Part shown: one piece after another, positions 20,027 to 30,730 of the stretch | How the letters are laid out: every line of letters begins with the position of its first letter | Position numbering within the stretch: the stretch's first letter is position 1 | NCBI GenBank assembly: GCA_963822895.1 | Contig: CAWGJI010000003.1 | Location: 128,379-192,378, forward strand | Origin: an uncultured Acidobacteriota bacterium | GTDB lineage: Bacteria > Actinomycetota > Acidimicrobiia > Spongiisociales > ZC4RG35 | Reading direction: 5' to 3' | DNA: 64,000 nt | The notes under the pieces: generated by a model | Database searches by the model: none | The model's input: the letters and a program-made list of their open reading frames with translations, nothing else | What the model was told of the DNA's origin: nothing | Translations under genes and position numbers: made by a program

Positions 20027-20710
20027 TCAGGCCCGGGGGCGGTCCAACTCGAAACGGTCGCGGGTGGTGACATAGGCGCTTCCCGACAGCCGGCCGACCG
20101 CGTCGAGAACGGCTGGATCGACACGTGTCCCGTCGAGGGCATCCTCACGGACGTGGATGGCGACGACCTCTCCAATGACCATCCGGGTGCCTCTCTCCCC
20201 GCCGAAAGACATTGCCTCCACGACCCGGCACTCCAGGTTCGCCGGTGCCTCGGCCACCATCGGGGCAGAGACAACGGAGCCGATGCAAGGGGTCAGGCCC
20301 GAGATGGCGAACTCATCTTCCGCCGCACTGAACACACCCGATGTGACGTTCATCGACTCGGCCAGGTCGAGAGACACCAGGTTGGCGGTGAACTCACCTC
20401 GTTCCTCGGCGAGAGTTGCTGAATCCTTGGGGCGATCTCGATGATGACCGGCCGAGAAGAGCACCACGGGCGGCGATGTGGACACCACGTTGAAGAAGGA
20501 GAATGGAGCGAGATTGAACGTCCCGTCGTCTCGAACCGTCCCGATCCAACCGATAGGCCTCGGGATGACCAGGCCGGAGAGGAGCTTGTAAGCGTCCTTC
20601 GAGCTCGAGTCGGTCAGATCGAACGTCTTCTTCTTCAAGCCATGGCCTCTCGGAGGTGGTCGAGTCGGATCGCACCCGCCTCCAACAGCCGGCGATGGAA
20701 GTCCTTCCAA
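20027..20710 (-). CDS. flavin reductase-like (FMN-binding split barrel) protein
   Basis: LVIPRPIGWIGTVRDDGTFNLAPFSFFNVVSTSPPVVLF motif. Upstream Met overlaps the next gene by ~75 nt, so the true start is probably an internal TTG near 20640. Confidence 0.65.
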   Translation of the reverse strand: MEGLPSPAVGGGCDPTRPPPRGHGLKKKTFDLTDSSSKDAYKLLSGLVIPRPIGWIGTVRDDGTFNLAPFSFFNVVSTSPPVVLFSAGHHRDRPKDSATLAEERGEFTANLVSLDLAESMNVTSGVFSAAEDEFAISGLTPCIGSVVSAPMVAEAPANLECRVVEAMSFGGERGTRMVIGEVVAIHVREDALDGTRVDPAVLDAVGRLSGSAYVTTRDRFELDRPRA

Positions 20711-22287
20711 TCGAGGTTGCCGTCGGAGTTCTCTCGCGCCTTGGACCTGATGTCGAGTATCTCGCGTTCACCCACCTTGTAGGCGATGGCCTGACCGGCC
20801 CAGCCGAGATATCGCTTGACCTCCGACTCGGCCACGTCGCGGGCCTGAAGGCCAATCTGCTCCATGTAGTCGACCGCCAGGTCGTAATCCCAGGTCTCGC
20901 CGGAGTGCAGCGGGGCATCGGCCGGGATCGTCTTTCCGAGGTGTGTGCCGATGTCGACCACCACCCGGACCGAGCGAAACAACTGGCTTGCCTGCAAGCC
21001 GAGCCGATACTCGGGGTTGTCGAAGTAGCCAAGCTCGTCCATCAGCCGCTCGGCATACAGGGCCCAACCCTCGCCGGCACCGGAGTACCAGATCAACTGA
21101 CGGTGGAACCGGCATAGCTTGTCCCTGGCCAGCTGGGCGAAGCCCACTTGAAGGTGGTGCCCGGGAAACCCTTCGTGGTATGCGGTGCTCACCTCCTGCC
21201 AATACGGAATCCTGGTCCTCTCCCCCGGGGCGTACCAGATGGATCCCGGTCGGGAGAAGTCCTCGGATGGGCCGTGGTACCACGCCCCGAGGCTGCCCCC
21301 CGGTGGTGCGATGTTGACGGTCACCGTGCGAATCTCGTCGGGCACGTCGAAGGCCGTGCCATCGAGTTGCTCCACCGCCTCTTCCTGGATTCGTTGGACG
21401 AATCGGGCGAAGTCCTCATGGTCCTTCGATGACCTGGACGGATCGGTGTCGAGAAGTGTGATGACCTCTTCGATGGAGCGGTCGGGGTCGATCTTCGCGG
21501 CGGTGGAGGCCATCTCGGCCCGGAGACGATGCACCTCGTCCCAACCCCATTGGTAAGTCTCCTCCGGGTCGAGGTCCATCCCGAGGAAATAATCGGCGCC
21601 GATCAGATAGCGATCCCTGCCGACCCCGTCGACCGGAGTGGCACGGGGCAGGTACTCGGTCTCGAGCCAGTCGGCGAACACCGTTGCGCCGGCCCTGGCC
21701 GCATCCACCGCCCTCTTCATCCGCTCTTCATCTCCTCCCCTGCCCGCGGCTCGCTCCGCCAGGTCGTTGAATCGCGAGCCTTCCCCGGCCACCGCTCTCA
21801 CCTGATCGATGACACTGAGGACCTGGCGACGAGCGGCGGTCACCCCATCATCGAGCCCGACACCCAGGCTCGACCTGTAGCCGTCCAATGCATCGCCGAA
21901 GTTCTCGAGACGGCTGGCGATCGCATCCCAGGCGTCGGGTCCCTCGTCGGGGGCTATGTCAAAGGTGTCACGCGCCGCCTGGAACGGGCTGTAGATGTGA
22001 TTGAGGTCCCGTTTCCAGTGCCCCATCTCGTGCCGGGCGATCAGGGTCTTGAAGTACCCGACCATGACCTTGGCGGCATGGGCCTGAACGGGGTCCGGAT
22101 GTCCCAGATGCGGCTCCAGCTCGGCGTTGGCCGACCTCCAGAACGCGGCCTTTGCCGCATGCCCTTCTGGGGAGAGGTCGTCCCATCGATCATCACGACC
22201 TGAGATGCCATACGTCGTGGCCAGGATGGGGGAGAGATCGGCGTACGTCTCGGTCAGCCTGTCGGCGATCTCGAATGGCTCGGTCAA
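20635..22287 (-). CDS. DUF885 family putative metallopeptidase
   Basis: 550 aa with YHEGFPGHHLQ motif and overall DUF885 architecture. Confidence 0.75.
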   Translation of the reverse strand: MTEPFEIADRLTETYADLSPILATTYGISGRDDRWDDLSPEGHAAKAAFWRSANAELEPHLGHPDPVQAHAAKVMVGYFKTLIARHEMGHWKRDLNHIYSPFQAARDTFDIAPDEGPDAWDAIASRLENFGDALDGYRSSLGVGLDDGVTAARRQVLSVIDQVRAVAGEGSRFNDLAERAAGRGGDEERMKRAVDAARAGATVFADWLETEYLPRATPVDGVGRDRYLIGADYFLGMDLDPEETYQWGWDEVHRLRAEMASTAAKIDPDRSIEEVITLLDTDPSRSSKDHEDFARFVQRIQEEAVEQLDGTAFDVPDEIRTVTVNIAPPGGSLGAWYHGPSEDFSRPGSIWYAPGERTRIPYWQEVSTAYHEGFPGHHLQVGFAQLARDKLCRFHRQLIWYSGAGEGWALYAERLMDELGYFDNPEYRLGLQASQLFRSVRVVVDIGTHLGKTIPADAPLHSGETWDYDLAVDYMEQIGLQARDVAESEVKRYLGWAGQAIAYKVGEREILDIRSKARENSDGNLDWKDFHRRLLEAGAIRLDHLREAMA

Positions 22288-22360
22288 AGATGTTCCTCCC
22301 AGTCGGCTGCCTGCGGCAGGCTAGTGCTAGAGCGGATCACGCCCATCTAGCCTTCGACCG

Positions 22361-23416
22361 GTGGACGATCTGATCGCGGTCCGAGCCGATGAAGCATTCG
22401 ACACCGAGAAGCTCTCATTGTGGATGACGGGCATCGAGGGTCTCGATCGCGGCATTCCCCGGGTGCGCCAATTCGCCGGCGGCAAGGCCAATCTGACCTA
22501 TTTGCTCACCTTCACCGACGGGTCGGAATTGGTTCTGCGGCGGCCGCCACTTGGACCTGTGGCGGCCGGCTCACACGATATGGCACGGGAATACAGGGTT
22601 CTCTCCCGGCTGTGGCGATCGTTTCCCAAGGCTCCCCGGGCCTTGGCCCATTGTGATGACGAAAACGTCATCGGAGGCCAATTCCTCTTGATGGAACGCC
22701 GTCGGGGTGTGGTGGTCCGAGATCGCGTGCCGGAGGCCTTCGGCGGAGGTGAAGACGCCAGCGCGAATCGAAAGCTGTCGGAGGTCGTCATCGACACCCT
22801 GGCCGAATTCCACGCAGTCGATCCGGCCGAATGCGGTCTCGACGACCTGGGTCACCCGGACGGCTTTCTCGAGAGACAGGTCGCAGGATGGGCGGTCAGA
22901 TGGGAACGAGCCAAAGACGAGGACTATCCGGTGGCGGATGAGGTCGCGAAATGGCTCGCCGCTTCCATCCCTTCGAATGGTGGTGTGACCCTTCTCCACA
23001 ACGACTGGCGCTTGGACAACATGGCGGTCGACGCCTCGGACCCCGGGATCTGCACAGCCGTGTACGACTGGGACATGGCCACCCGTGGTGATCCCCTGGC
23101 CGACGTCGGGACCCTGATGGCATCCTGGTATGACCCGGGTGAAGAGAGGTCGGTCTTGTCCCCGATGCCTGTGGACGCACCCGGGTGGGCCACCCGCAAG
23201 GAGGCGTTGAAGCGATACGGCGCGGAGTCGGGGATAGCGATGGATGAGATCGGCTGGTACCTCGTCTTCGGGACCTGGAAGCTCGGTGTCGTGCTCCAGC
23301 AGATCTACATACGCTGGCTCCGAGGCCAAACCGAGGATGAGCGCTTTCGCCCTCTGGGCGAGGGGGCAAGAGCCCTGTTCCGCGTCGCCGCCGAGCGCCG
23401 CCACCTGTCCTCCTGA
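22361..23416 (+). CDS. phosphotransferase (APH-like kinase) family protein
   Basis: FAGGKANLTYLL N-terminal motif, catalytic LLHNDWRLDNM, VYDWDMATRGDPLADVG typical of aminoglycoside/choline kinase-like phosphotransferases. Confidence 0.75.
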   Translation: MDDLIAVRADEAFDTEKLSLWMTGIEGLDRGIPRVRQFAGGKANLTYLLTFTDGSELVLRRPPLGPVAAGSHDMAREYRVLSRLWRSFPKAPRALAHCDDENVIGGQFLLMERRRGVVVRDRVPEAFGGGEDASANRKLSEVVIDTLAEFHAVDPAECGLDDLGHPDGFLERQVAGWAVRWERAKDEDYPVADEVAKWLAASIPSNGGVTLLHNDWRLDNMAVDASDPGICTAVYDWDMATRGDPLADVGTLMASWYDPGEERSVLSPMPVDAPGWATRKEALKRYGAESGIAMDEIGWYLVFGTWKLGVVLQQIYIRWLRGQTEDERFRPLGEGARALFRVAAERRHLSS

Positions 23417-23526
23417 ACAAACGGCAGAGCTCGACTTTCCCCCTTCGGCACGAAAAGCGATGGGAATATCGAAGCACCACACCCGTTGTCTCTTTATCCC
23501 GACAGCCAGGTGGACTCGGAGACACG

Positions 23527-24504
23527 ATGAATGCAGTTGAAGCGGTCGACGTCGTCAAGACGTTCGGTGATGTGGAGGCTCTGGGTGGAGTTTCACTCTC
23601 CATCGAGCCAGGCGTAATTTATGGGCTGCTCGGCCCCAATGGGGCTGGCAAGACGACCCTTATAAGGATCCTGGCGACCCTGCTCAAGCCCGACTCCGGC
23701 GAGGCCCGCGTCGCCGGCATCGATGCCCTCCGTCGACCCATTGCGGTCAGGCACAAGATCGGATTGGCCGGTCAGGCCGCCGCGATCGACGAGTTCCTCA
23801 CCGGTCGCGAGAACGTCGAGATGGTTGGAAGGCTCTACAACCTCGGCTCTGCCGAGGCTTCGAGGCGTGCCGAGGAGGTATTGGAGCGAATCCACTTGAT
23901 CGAGGCCGCCGATCGTCAGGTCAAGACCTACTCCGGCGGGATGCGACGCCGACTCGATCTAGCTGCCTCTCTGGTCGGCCGTCCTGAAGTCCTGTTCCTC
24001 GACGAGCCGACCACCGGTGTCGACCCGGGGAGCCGGCTCGATCTGTGGGATCTGATCGAAGAGCTCGTCGAGGGAGGTACCACCCTGCTCCTCACCACGC
24101 AGTATCTAGAGGAGGCCGACCGTCTCGCCGACAGGATCGGCGTCATCGACCTGGGGCAGCTCATAGCCGAGGGGACCTCGGACGAGTTGAAGAGCCAGCT
24201 CGGAGGGGACGTGGTCGAGATCCACGTTCACAGCGACGACATGGCCCAGGCAGTCGAAGCCATGAAACATGTGGCCGGAGAGGACCCTGTCATCGAAGGT
24301 CTCTCCCTCGCAATCCCCGCCCCCCACGGTGCCCAGACGCTGACCGGAGTGGTGCGGGAGCTCGATGAGCGACAGATCACACCCAGGGACATCGCCCTGC
24401 GGAAGCCGACACTCGACGACGTCTTCCTCACACTCACCGGCCGCAAGGCAGCAGCCGAAACCGAGGGCAACGGGCGGCCAAAGAGAAGAAGGAGCCGAGT
24501 ATGA
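23527..24504 (+). CDS. ABC transporter ATP-binding protein (DrrA-like exporter ATPase)
   Basis: GLLGPNGAGKTT Walker A, YSGGMRRRL signature, LFLDEPTTGVD Walker B; 4-bp overlap with permease gene. Confidence 0.85.
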   Translation: MNAVEAVDVVKTFGDVEALGGVSLSIEPGVIYGLLGPNGAGKTTLIRILATLLKPDSGEARVAGIDALRRPIAVRHKIGLAGQAAAIDEFLTGRENVEMVGRLYNLGSAEASRRAEEVLERIHLIEAADRQVKTYSGGMRRRLDLAASLVGRPEVLFLDEPTTGVDPGSRLDLWDLIEELVEGGTTLLLTTQYLEEADRLADRIGVIDLGQLIAEGTSDELKSQLGGDVVEIHVHSDDMAQAVEAMKHVAGEDPVIEGLSLAIPAPHGAQTLTGVVRELDERQITPRDIALRKPTLDDVFLTLTGRKAAAETEGNGRPKRRRSRV

Positions 24505-25340
24505 CGGCGTCAACAGAGACCATCCCGAATCGGATCGGCTTCAGGGCCGGGCTGACCCACACCGGCGTCATCACCAAGCGAAACCTGCTGAGAAACATCC
24601 GACTTCCCCAGCTCGTCGTATTCGCCACCATCCAGCCGGTGATGTTCCTCCTGCTGTTCAACTACGTCTTCGGTGGGGCCCTCACAACCGGAGTCGCCGG
24701 TGCGTCCGGCGACTACATCAACTGGCTCATCCCCGGGATCCTGGTGCAGACGGCCGTATTCGGGGCAGCTCAGACCTCCCTCGGGCTGACCGAGGACCTG
24801 GCCGCCGGGGTCATCGATCGTTTTCGCTCACTGCCCATGGCGCGTTCTGCGGTCCTGACCGGGCGCACATTCGCTGACCTGACGAGAAATGCCTTCGTCA
24901 ACACGCTCATGCTCCTCGTCGGTTTTCTTCTCGGATGGAGATTCGATCAGGGCTTCGCCAAGATGTCTCTGGGAGTGGCACTCGTGCTTCTCTTCGGTTA
25001 CGCCATGTCATGGCTCATGGGGACGATCGGGTTGGCCGTGAAGAACCCCGAGGCGGCCCAGACGGCCGGGTTCCTTCCCATCTTCCCACTCGTGTTTGCA
25101 TCGTCGGTGTTCGTTCCCACCCAGACCATGCCCTCATGGCTGCAGGGATTCGCCGAGAACCAACCCATCACCGTTCTGACCAACGCGGCACGCTCCCTCA
25201 TGATCAATGAGCAGGCCTTGGCACCGCTCGGCCTGTCGGACACGGGGACGCTGATCCTGCAATCTCTGGGCTGGATCGCAGTGTTGCTCCTGATCTTCGT
25301 TCCCCTGGCCATCCGCCAATACCGACGCGCCGTGGGCTGA
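24501..25340 (+). CDS. ABC-2 type exporter permease (DrrB-like)
   Basis: 6 predicted TM helices, ABC-2 family length and position after drrA-like ATPase. Confidence 0.8.
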   Translation: MTASTETIPNRIGFRAGLTHTGVITKRNLLRNIRLPQLVVFATIQPVMFLLLFNYVFGGALTTGVAGASGDYINWLIPGILVQTAVFGAAQTSLGLTEDLAAGVIDRFRSLPMARSAVLTGRTFADLTRNAFVNTLMLLVGFLLGWRFDQGFAKMSLGVALVLLFGYAMSWLMGTIGLAVKNPEAAQTAGFLPIFPLVFASSVFVPTQTMPSWLQGFAENQPITVLTNAARSLMINEQALAPLGLSDTGTLILQSLGWIAVLLLIFVPLAIRQYRRAVG

Positions 25341-25390
25341 GCCGGTCCGTCGGCCGGGGATGTTGGTGGCTTTGGTACTTTGTGGGCTGA

Positions 25391-28381
25391 ATGAGCCCGA
25401 CCGAGCTGCCCACCGGCACGGTGACCTTCCTCTTCACGGACATCGAGGGCTCTACACGCATGCTTCAGGAGCTCGGGGAGGGATTTCGCGAGGTCCTCGA
25501 GCGGCACAACCACATCATCTCCGATAGCGCATCGAGATTTGACGGGCTCATCATCAAGAACGAGGGCGATGGCTTCTTCGTCGTCTTCGGGTCGGCGATC
25601 GATGCCGTCACATCTGCGATGGACGTTCAGAAGAGACTCTTCACCGAGACCTGGCCCACCGCCACCGGGGTTCGAGTCCGCATCGGCCTTCACACCGGTG
25701 AGGGGCGCCTCGGAGGATCCGACTACATCGGCATCGACGTGCATCGGGCCTCGCGGATCGGCAACTGCGGGCACGGTGGCCAGATCCTCCTCTCGAATGC
25801 CACCGCCCTCCTCACCGAATATGCGTTGCCCGAAGGCACGAGGCTCGAAGACCTCGGCTCACATCGTCTTCGGGATCTCGCTCACGAGGAGCATCTCTAC
25901 CAGTTGAGTGTCGACGGACTGGAGACGGTGTTTCCCCCGATCAGGACGATGACCACGAGCAAGGGGAATCTGCCCAATCAACCCTCCGTGTTGGTGGGAA
26001 GAAGCGACGAGCGCACCTCCTTGGCCGCATCCTTGGAAGCGTCGCGCCTGGTGACTCTCACCGGGCCGGGCGGCGTGGGCAAGACCAGTCTCGCCATGGC
26101 CGCCGCGGCAGACATCGCTCTCCGATTCGACGACGGCGTTTGGATGGTGGAAGTCTCTCGTGTGGTCGACGAGAACCTCCTCGCCGCCACGATCGCCGCA
26201 ACGCTTCACATCACGGAGAGCGCTCACGAGTCATTGACCGACACACTCATTGGGCGTCTCTCGCGTGCCAACTCCCTCTTGATCCTCGACGGATGCGAGC
26301 ACATGATCGAGGCTGTGGCTGCTCTGGTAGAGCGCCTGCTGCAGGGCACAAGCCTTCTCAAGATCCTCGTCACCAGTCGTGAATGGCTGTCCCTGCGTGG
26401 TGAGAACCTGATACAGCTGCAACCCCTTTCGGTTCCCAGCCCACACGCCCGCCTCGTCGCCGAGATCTCGGCGTCGGAGTCGGTCCAGCTCTTCGTCAAC
26501 AGGGCGAGACTGGTTCAGCCGTCATTCGAGCTCAACTCGACCAATGCGCACCAAGCGGCCGAGATCTGCCGTCGTCTCGACGGGATCCCACTCGCCATCG
26601 AGCTGGCTGCGGCGAGGTTGAAGGTTCTCTCGATGGATCAGATCCTGGAGCGTTTGGGCCATCAATTCGCCCTGTTGTCGGGGACGGTGAGAGACGTCCT
26701 GCCCCACCAGCAGACATTGGAGACCACGCTCGACTGGAGCTATGACTTCCTCGGTGATGCCGAGAAGGCGCTCTTCTCCCGTCTGTCCGTGTTTGCCGGG
26801 GGCTTCACCCTGGAGGCGGCCGAGAGAGTCTGTTCGGACGATCCCGTGCGACAGGAGGACGTGCTCGACCTTCTGGAGAGGTTGGTTGAGACGTCCCTGG
26901 TGATGACCGGAGGAGCCGGGTCGAGCCACTATCGGCTCTTGGAGCCGATCTCGCATTACGCACGGATGAAGCTCGGGGACAGCCCTCTCGCCTCACGTTT
27001 GAAGGAAAGGCACGCCCGCTTCTATCACGAGTTGGCGGAGGAAGGCGACCGAGAGATCCTCCAAGTCAGCCAAACCGATTGGGTGACCCGTCTCGACCAG
27101 GAGCGCTACAACCTCCGAGCGGCCCTGCGCTGGTTTCTCGAGAATGGGCATCACGAGGAAGCGGCGGAGATGGCCGGCGCACTCAGGTGGTTCTGGGTGA
27201 TCAAGAGGGAGGTCACTGAAGGGTCCAAGTGGCTCGACATGTCACTGGCTGGTGCGGATATCGAGGACGCGACCCGGGCCCGTGCTCTCAACGGCCTGGG
27301 CTTGATGGCCATCAGAAAGCTCGACTTCCCCAAGGTCGCTGCCGCCTGGCACGAGGCACAAGACATCTACAGGCGTCTCGGAGACGAGCGGGGGGAGGCC
27401 CGCCAGACCTATCACCTCGCAACCCTCGCCTGGTTCGAAGACGACCTGGCCGGAGCCCGCCGACTGGTTCGCGAGGCAGAGGAGCAGAGCAGGGAGAACG
27501 AAGACCATTGGGCGCTGGCCTGGTCGATGGCCGTGGGTGGGACCATGGCGAGGATCAGTGGGGATCTTCCAGAGGCCAAACGGCTACTCGACGCGAGTCA
27601 CGTCTTGTTGTTGGAGCATGCAGGCAAACTGGATCAGGGCTGGTCGCATCTCCGACTCGGCGCCCTCGCACGCGATAGCGGCGATTACGCCGAGGCAACG
27701 GAGCGATTCTCGGCCGGCAGGGAGTTGCTCGGCTTCTCCGAGGACGTACAAGGTGTGATTCACGCCAACGCCGGGCTCGGAGCAATGGCTTGGCTCGCCG
27801 GAGACCATCAATACTCCCTGGAGCTCTATCGGAGCGTTCTCGAGGGATTCAGCCTCTCTGAGGAGGCCTCGAACAACCTCTTCGAGCTGAAGACCCTGAT
27901 CCAGGGCCACCTCTCCATCGATGACCTTCGCTCGGTTGTGGAATCCAACCGGGACCGGGCGGAGTGGGAAGGCGACGCCGGACAGCGGGTCGCACTCGCC
28001 GAGTACCTGTACCACATCGGAAAGACGGCCCACTCCCAGGGTGATCTAGAGAGATCTCGCATGGCGTTGGTAGAGAGCCTCTATCTGAGCCGGACCGCCG
28101 ATCACATGCCCATGGTGAGCATCAACCTGGCGGGTCTCGCGGTGACGGCTCTGGACCGCGGCGACGTCGAGATGGCAGCGCGGTTGTTCGGCCTCGCCGA
28201 CTGGTATGCCAGCTCCAACGACGTGACACCGTGGCCGCCTGCCCACGAGCCCGACTACTCCCGGAAGATGGCGGCGGCAAGGACGGCCCTGGGTGGTCAA
28301 GCGTTCGCCAGTCACACGATCCAGGGAGAGGAGCTGAGTCTCGACGATGCGGTCGAGCTACTCGGCGCTAGATCGGTCTGA
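25391..28381 (+). CDS. class III adenylate/guanylate cyclase fused to AAA/NB-ARC-type ATPase and TPR repeats
   Basis: N-terminal TFLFTDIEGST...GLHTGE...DYIGIDVHRASRI cyclase motifs; LTGPGGVGKTSLA P-loop; long helical repeat C-terminus; no obvious LuxR HTH. Confidence 0.8.
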   Translation: MSPTELPTGTVTFLFTDIEGSTRMLQELGEGFREVLERHNHIISDSASRFDGLIIKNEGDGFFVVFGSAIDAVTSAMDVQKRLFTETWPTATGVRVRIGLHTGEGRLGGSDYIGIDVHRASRIGNCGHGGQILLSNATALLTEYALPEGTRLEDLGSHRLRDLAHEEHLYQLSVDGLETVFPPIRTMTTSKGNLPNQPSVLVGRSDERTSLAASLEASRLVTLTGPGGVGKTSLAMAAAADIALRFDDGVWMVEVSRVVDENLLAATIAATLHITESAHESLTDTLIGRLSRANSLLILDGCEHMIEAVAALVERLLQGTSLLKILVTSREWLSLRGENLIQLQPLSVPSPHARLVAEISASESVQLFVNRARLVQPSFELNSTNAHQAAEICRRLDGIPLAIELAAARLKVLSMDQILERLGHQFALLSGTVRDVLPHQQTLETTLDWSYDFLGDAEKALFSRLSVFAGGFTLEAAERVCSDDPVRQEDVLDLLERLVETSLVMTGGAGSSHYRLLEPISHYARMKLGDSPLASRLKERHARFYHELAEEGDREILQVSQTDWVTRLDQERYNLRAALRWFLENGHHEEAAEMAGALRWFWVIKREVTEGSKWLDMSLAGADIEDATRARALNGLGLMAIRKLDFPKVAAAWHEAQDIYRRLGDERGEARQTYHLATLAWFEDDLAGARRLVREAEEQSRENEDHWALAWSMAVGGTMARISGDLPEAKRLLDASHVLLLEHAGKLDQGWSHLRLGALARDSGDYAEATERFSAGRELLGFSEDVQGVIHANAGLGAMAWLAGDHQYSLELYRSVLEGFSLSEEASNNLFELKTLIQGHLSIDDLRSVVESNRDRAEWEGDAGQRVALAEYLYHIGKTAHSQGDLERSRMALVESLYLSRTADHMPMVSINLAGLAVTALDRGDVEMAARLFGLADWYASSNDVTPWPPAHEPDYSRKMAAARTALGGQAFASHTIQGEELSLDDAVELLGARSV

Positions 28382-28387
28382 GCCGGC

Positions 28388-28951
28388 TCAGTAGTCGATG
28401 CCCCTCTTGGCCATGATTCCCCGATCGAATGCGTGTTTGACGTTTCGCATCTCGGTGACCGTGTCGGCGGCCTCGACGATCGCTTCCGGCGCGTCGCGGC
28501 CGGTCAAGATGAGCGAAACCTCGGCCGGTCGAGAATCGATCAACGAGATGACGTCGGCGAGGTCGATCCAGCCCCAATTGATCGGGTAGGTCACCTCGTC
28601 GAGGATCACCAGGTCGTATTCACCCGATCGGATCAAAGAGGCGGCGTGATCCCAGGCTTCGCGCGCTATTGCCTGGGATTCGGTCATGTCGGACGAGTCC
28701 CAGGTGAAGCCATCGCCGAGAGCCCACCAGTCGATCCCCAACTGGCGGCCGATCTTCTCCTCACCGACCTTCCACTCTCCCGACTTGAGGAATTGGATGA
28801 CCGCCACCCTCCAGCCCCGTGCGACGGCCCTGATGGCCGTGCCGAATGCTGCGGTGGACTTGCCCTTCCCTTCACCGGTGTTCACCAGGACCAGCGAGCT
28901 GGCCCGCGTGGTGGCACTCTCCGGTCCCCGAGTTGGTGGCGTGTCAGTCAT
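28388..28951 (-). CDS. cobO: cob(I)yrinic acid a,c-diamide adenosyltransferase
   Basis: VNTGEGKGKSTAAFG P-loop, DLVILDEVTYPI, characteristic ~190-aa CobO/BtuR length; 8-bp overlap with upstream ABC ATPase. Confidence 0.85.
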   Translation of the reverse strand: MTDTPPTRGPESATTRASSLVLVNTGEGKGKSTAAFGTAIRAVARGWRVAVIQFLKSGEWKVGEEKIGRQLGIDWWALGDGFTWDSSDMTESQAIAREAWDHAASLIRSGEYDLVILDEVTYPINWGWIDLADVISLIDSRPAEVSLILTGRDAPEAIVEAADTVTEMRNVKHAFDRGIMAKRGIDY

Positions 28952-29700
28952 TTGCGCTCCTGGTGGGGATCACCGACGGTCCGTTGCCATCACTGATCAC
29001 CCGAATGCCGGCACCGTAGTGCGGGACCAACCGCTCTTCGGTGAGCACCGTCGCCGGCGTCCCATCCGCCACCACCCGCCCATCGGCGAGCATGACGAGG
29101 CGTCGTGCGAAACGGCCGGCCAGCGTCAGGTCGTGGATGGCGGTCACGACCGTGAGACCCATCTGCCGCCGCAGCTGGTCCACCAGCTCCAATACCTCGA
29201 TGGCATGCCCGATGTCGAGACTGGATGTCGGCTCGTCCAGGAGCAGGACCGGCGCCTCCTGGGCCAGGGCACGCGCCAGCACCGCACGCTGGGCCTCGCC
29301 GCCCGAGAGCGTGGCGAGGGGCCTGTCCGCCAACTCGTCGAGACCGAGACGCTCGATCGCGGTGCGGGCGGACCGAATATCCGCCTGGGACTCGGACCCG
29401 AAGTAGGTGACATGGGGAGTCCGACCGAGCATGACGTAGTTGGCCACATTCATCTCATCGGGGAGATGCGGACGCTGGGGCATCCAGGCGATGTCCAATC
29501 CGATGCGGGCCTTCGCCTCACCGAGATGAACCGACCCCGAGTGGGGGACGATCCCTGCCGCCGCTTTCAACATCGTCGACTTACCTGCCCCATTTGGCCC
29601 GATCAGGGCGAGCCATTCCCCGTCGGCCACCTCGATATCGATAGGCCCCAGAACGACACGCTGGCCGAACGACACGCTCACCTCGTGCCAGCCGATCATG
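28944..29700 (-). CDS. btuD: ABC transporter ATP-binding protein (iron-siderophore/cobalamin FecE/BtuD type)
   Basis: GPNGAGKST Walker A, LSGGEAQRAVLARAL signature, LLLDEPTSSLD. Start at internal Met MIGWHEV; the rest of the 631-aa ORF is out-of-gene read-through. Confidence 0.8.
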
Positions 29701-30730
29701 AGCTCCCCCGCATCGTCCTCAGCACCAGCAGAAAGAACGGCGCCCCGAGCAGAGCGGTCACCACACCTATGGGAAGCTCGCCGGGAGCAACCAGGGTTCG
29801 GGCTCCTAGATCTGCGATCACGAGAAACGAAGCGCCGTATAGGAGGGACAGCGGGACGATGACCCGGTAGCTCCAACCGGTGAGGAGGCGAACGGTATGG
29901 GGGACGATTATCCCGACGAACCCGATCAGGCCACTCACCGAGACCGCGGCGGCCGTCGCCAAGGTGGCGGCGAGCACCACCGTGCCTCGCACCCTGGTCA
30001 CATTCACCCCGAGGCCCTCGGCCTCCTCGTCCCCGACAGCCAGGACGTCGAGCAGGCGGCGATGGAGCAGGAGCGTCAAGGAGGCGACCAAGACATAGGG
30101 GACGAGAGACCGGACCTCGTCCCATCCCACCGTCACGAGACGCCCCAGGATCCACGAGTACACCTCGCGCAAAGTGTCGTAATTTCGCTGCAAGAGGAAA
30201 GTCTGGAACGACGTTGCGAAGGCCGCCACCGCCACTCCGGCCAGTATGAGCGAGGTCGTGGTCCGGCCACCGACGGTGCGGCTCAGCAGGTAGGTGGCAC
30301 CCACTGCCGCCAGCCCACCGAAAAAAGCCATCGGGGCGAGCAGGGCCTCGCCCCCTCCGGCACCGATGACCACCGTCGCACCCAGTCCCGCACCAGCAGC
30401 AACACCGAGCAGGTACGGATCGGCCAACGGATTGCGGAAGACCCCCTGGTAGCCGGCGCCGGCAAGGGAGAGCACGCCTCCGACGAGGGCACCCATCACC
30501 ACCCGGGGCAGCCTCAATTCGAATAGAAGACGGTATTCCACATCGTTGAGACCGTGATCGATCGTCACACCCGGCAGCCGGTCGAGGAGAGCACCGATCA
30601 CACCGGCCGGCGAGAGGTGAACCGCTCCCACGAGAGTGGCGGCCAGACTCACTGTGAGGAGGAACAAGACGGCCAGCAGGGCTCGGGCCCAACCGACGCT
30701 CACCGCGCCCGCGCCGGCCTCTCGGCTCAA
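29696..30730 (-). CDS. btuC: FecCD-family ABC permease (cobalamin/iron-siderophore)
   Basis: ~9 TM helices, LRLPRVVMGALVGGVLSLAGAGYQGVFRNPLADPYLLGV FecCD motif. Confidence 0.85.
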   Translation of the reverse strand: MSREAGAGAVSVGWARALLAVLFLLTVSLAATLVGAVHLSPAGVIGALLDRLPGVTIDHGLNDVEYRLLFELRLPRVVMGALVGGVLSLAGAGYQGVFRNPLADPYLLGVAAGAGLGATVVIGAGGGEALLAPMAFFGGLAAVGATYLLSRTVGGRTTTSLILAGVAVAAFATSFQTFLLQRNYDTLREVYSWILGRLVTVGWDEVRSLVPYVLVASLTLLLHRRLLDVLAVGDEEAEGLGVNVTRVRGTVVLAATLATAAAVSVSGLIGFVGIIVPHTVRLLTGWSYRVIVPLSLLYGASFLVIADLGARTLVAPGELPIGVVTALLGAPFFLLVLRTMRGSS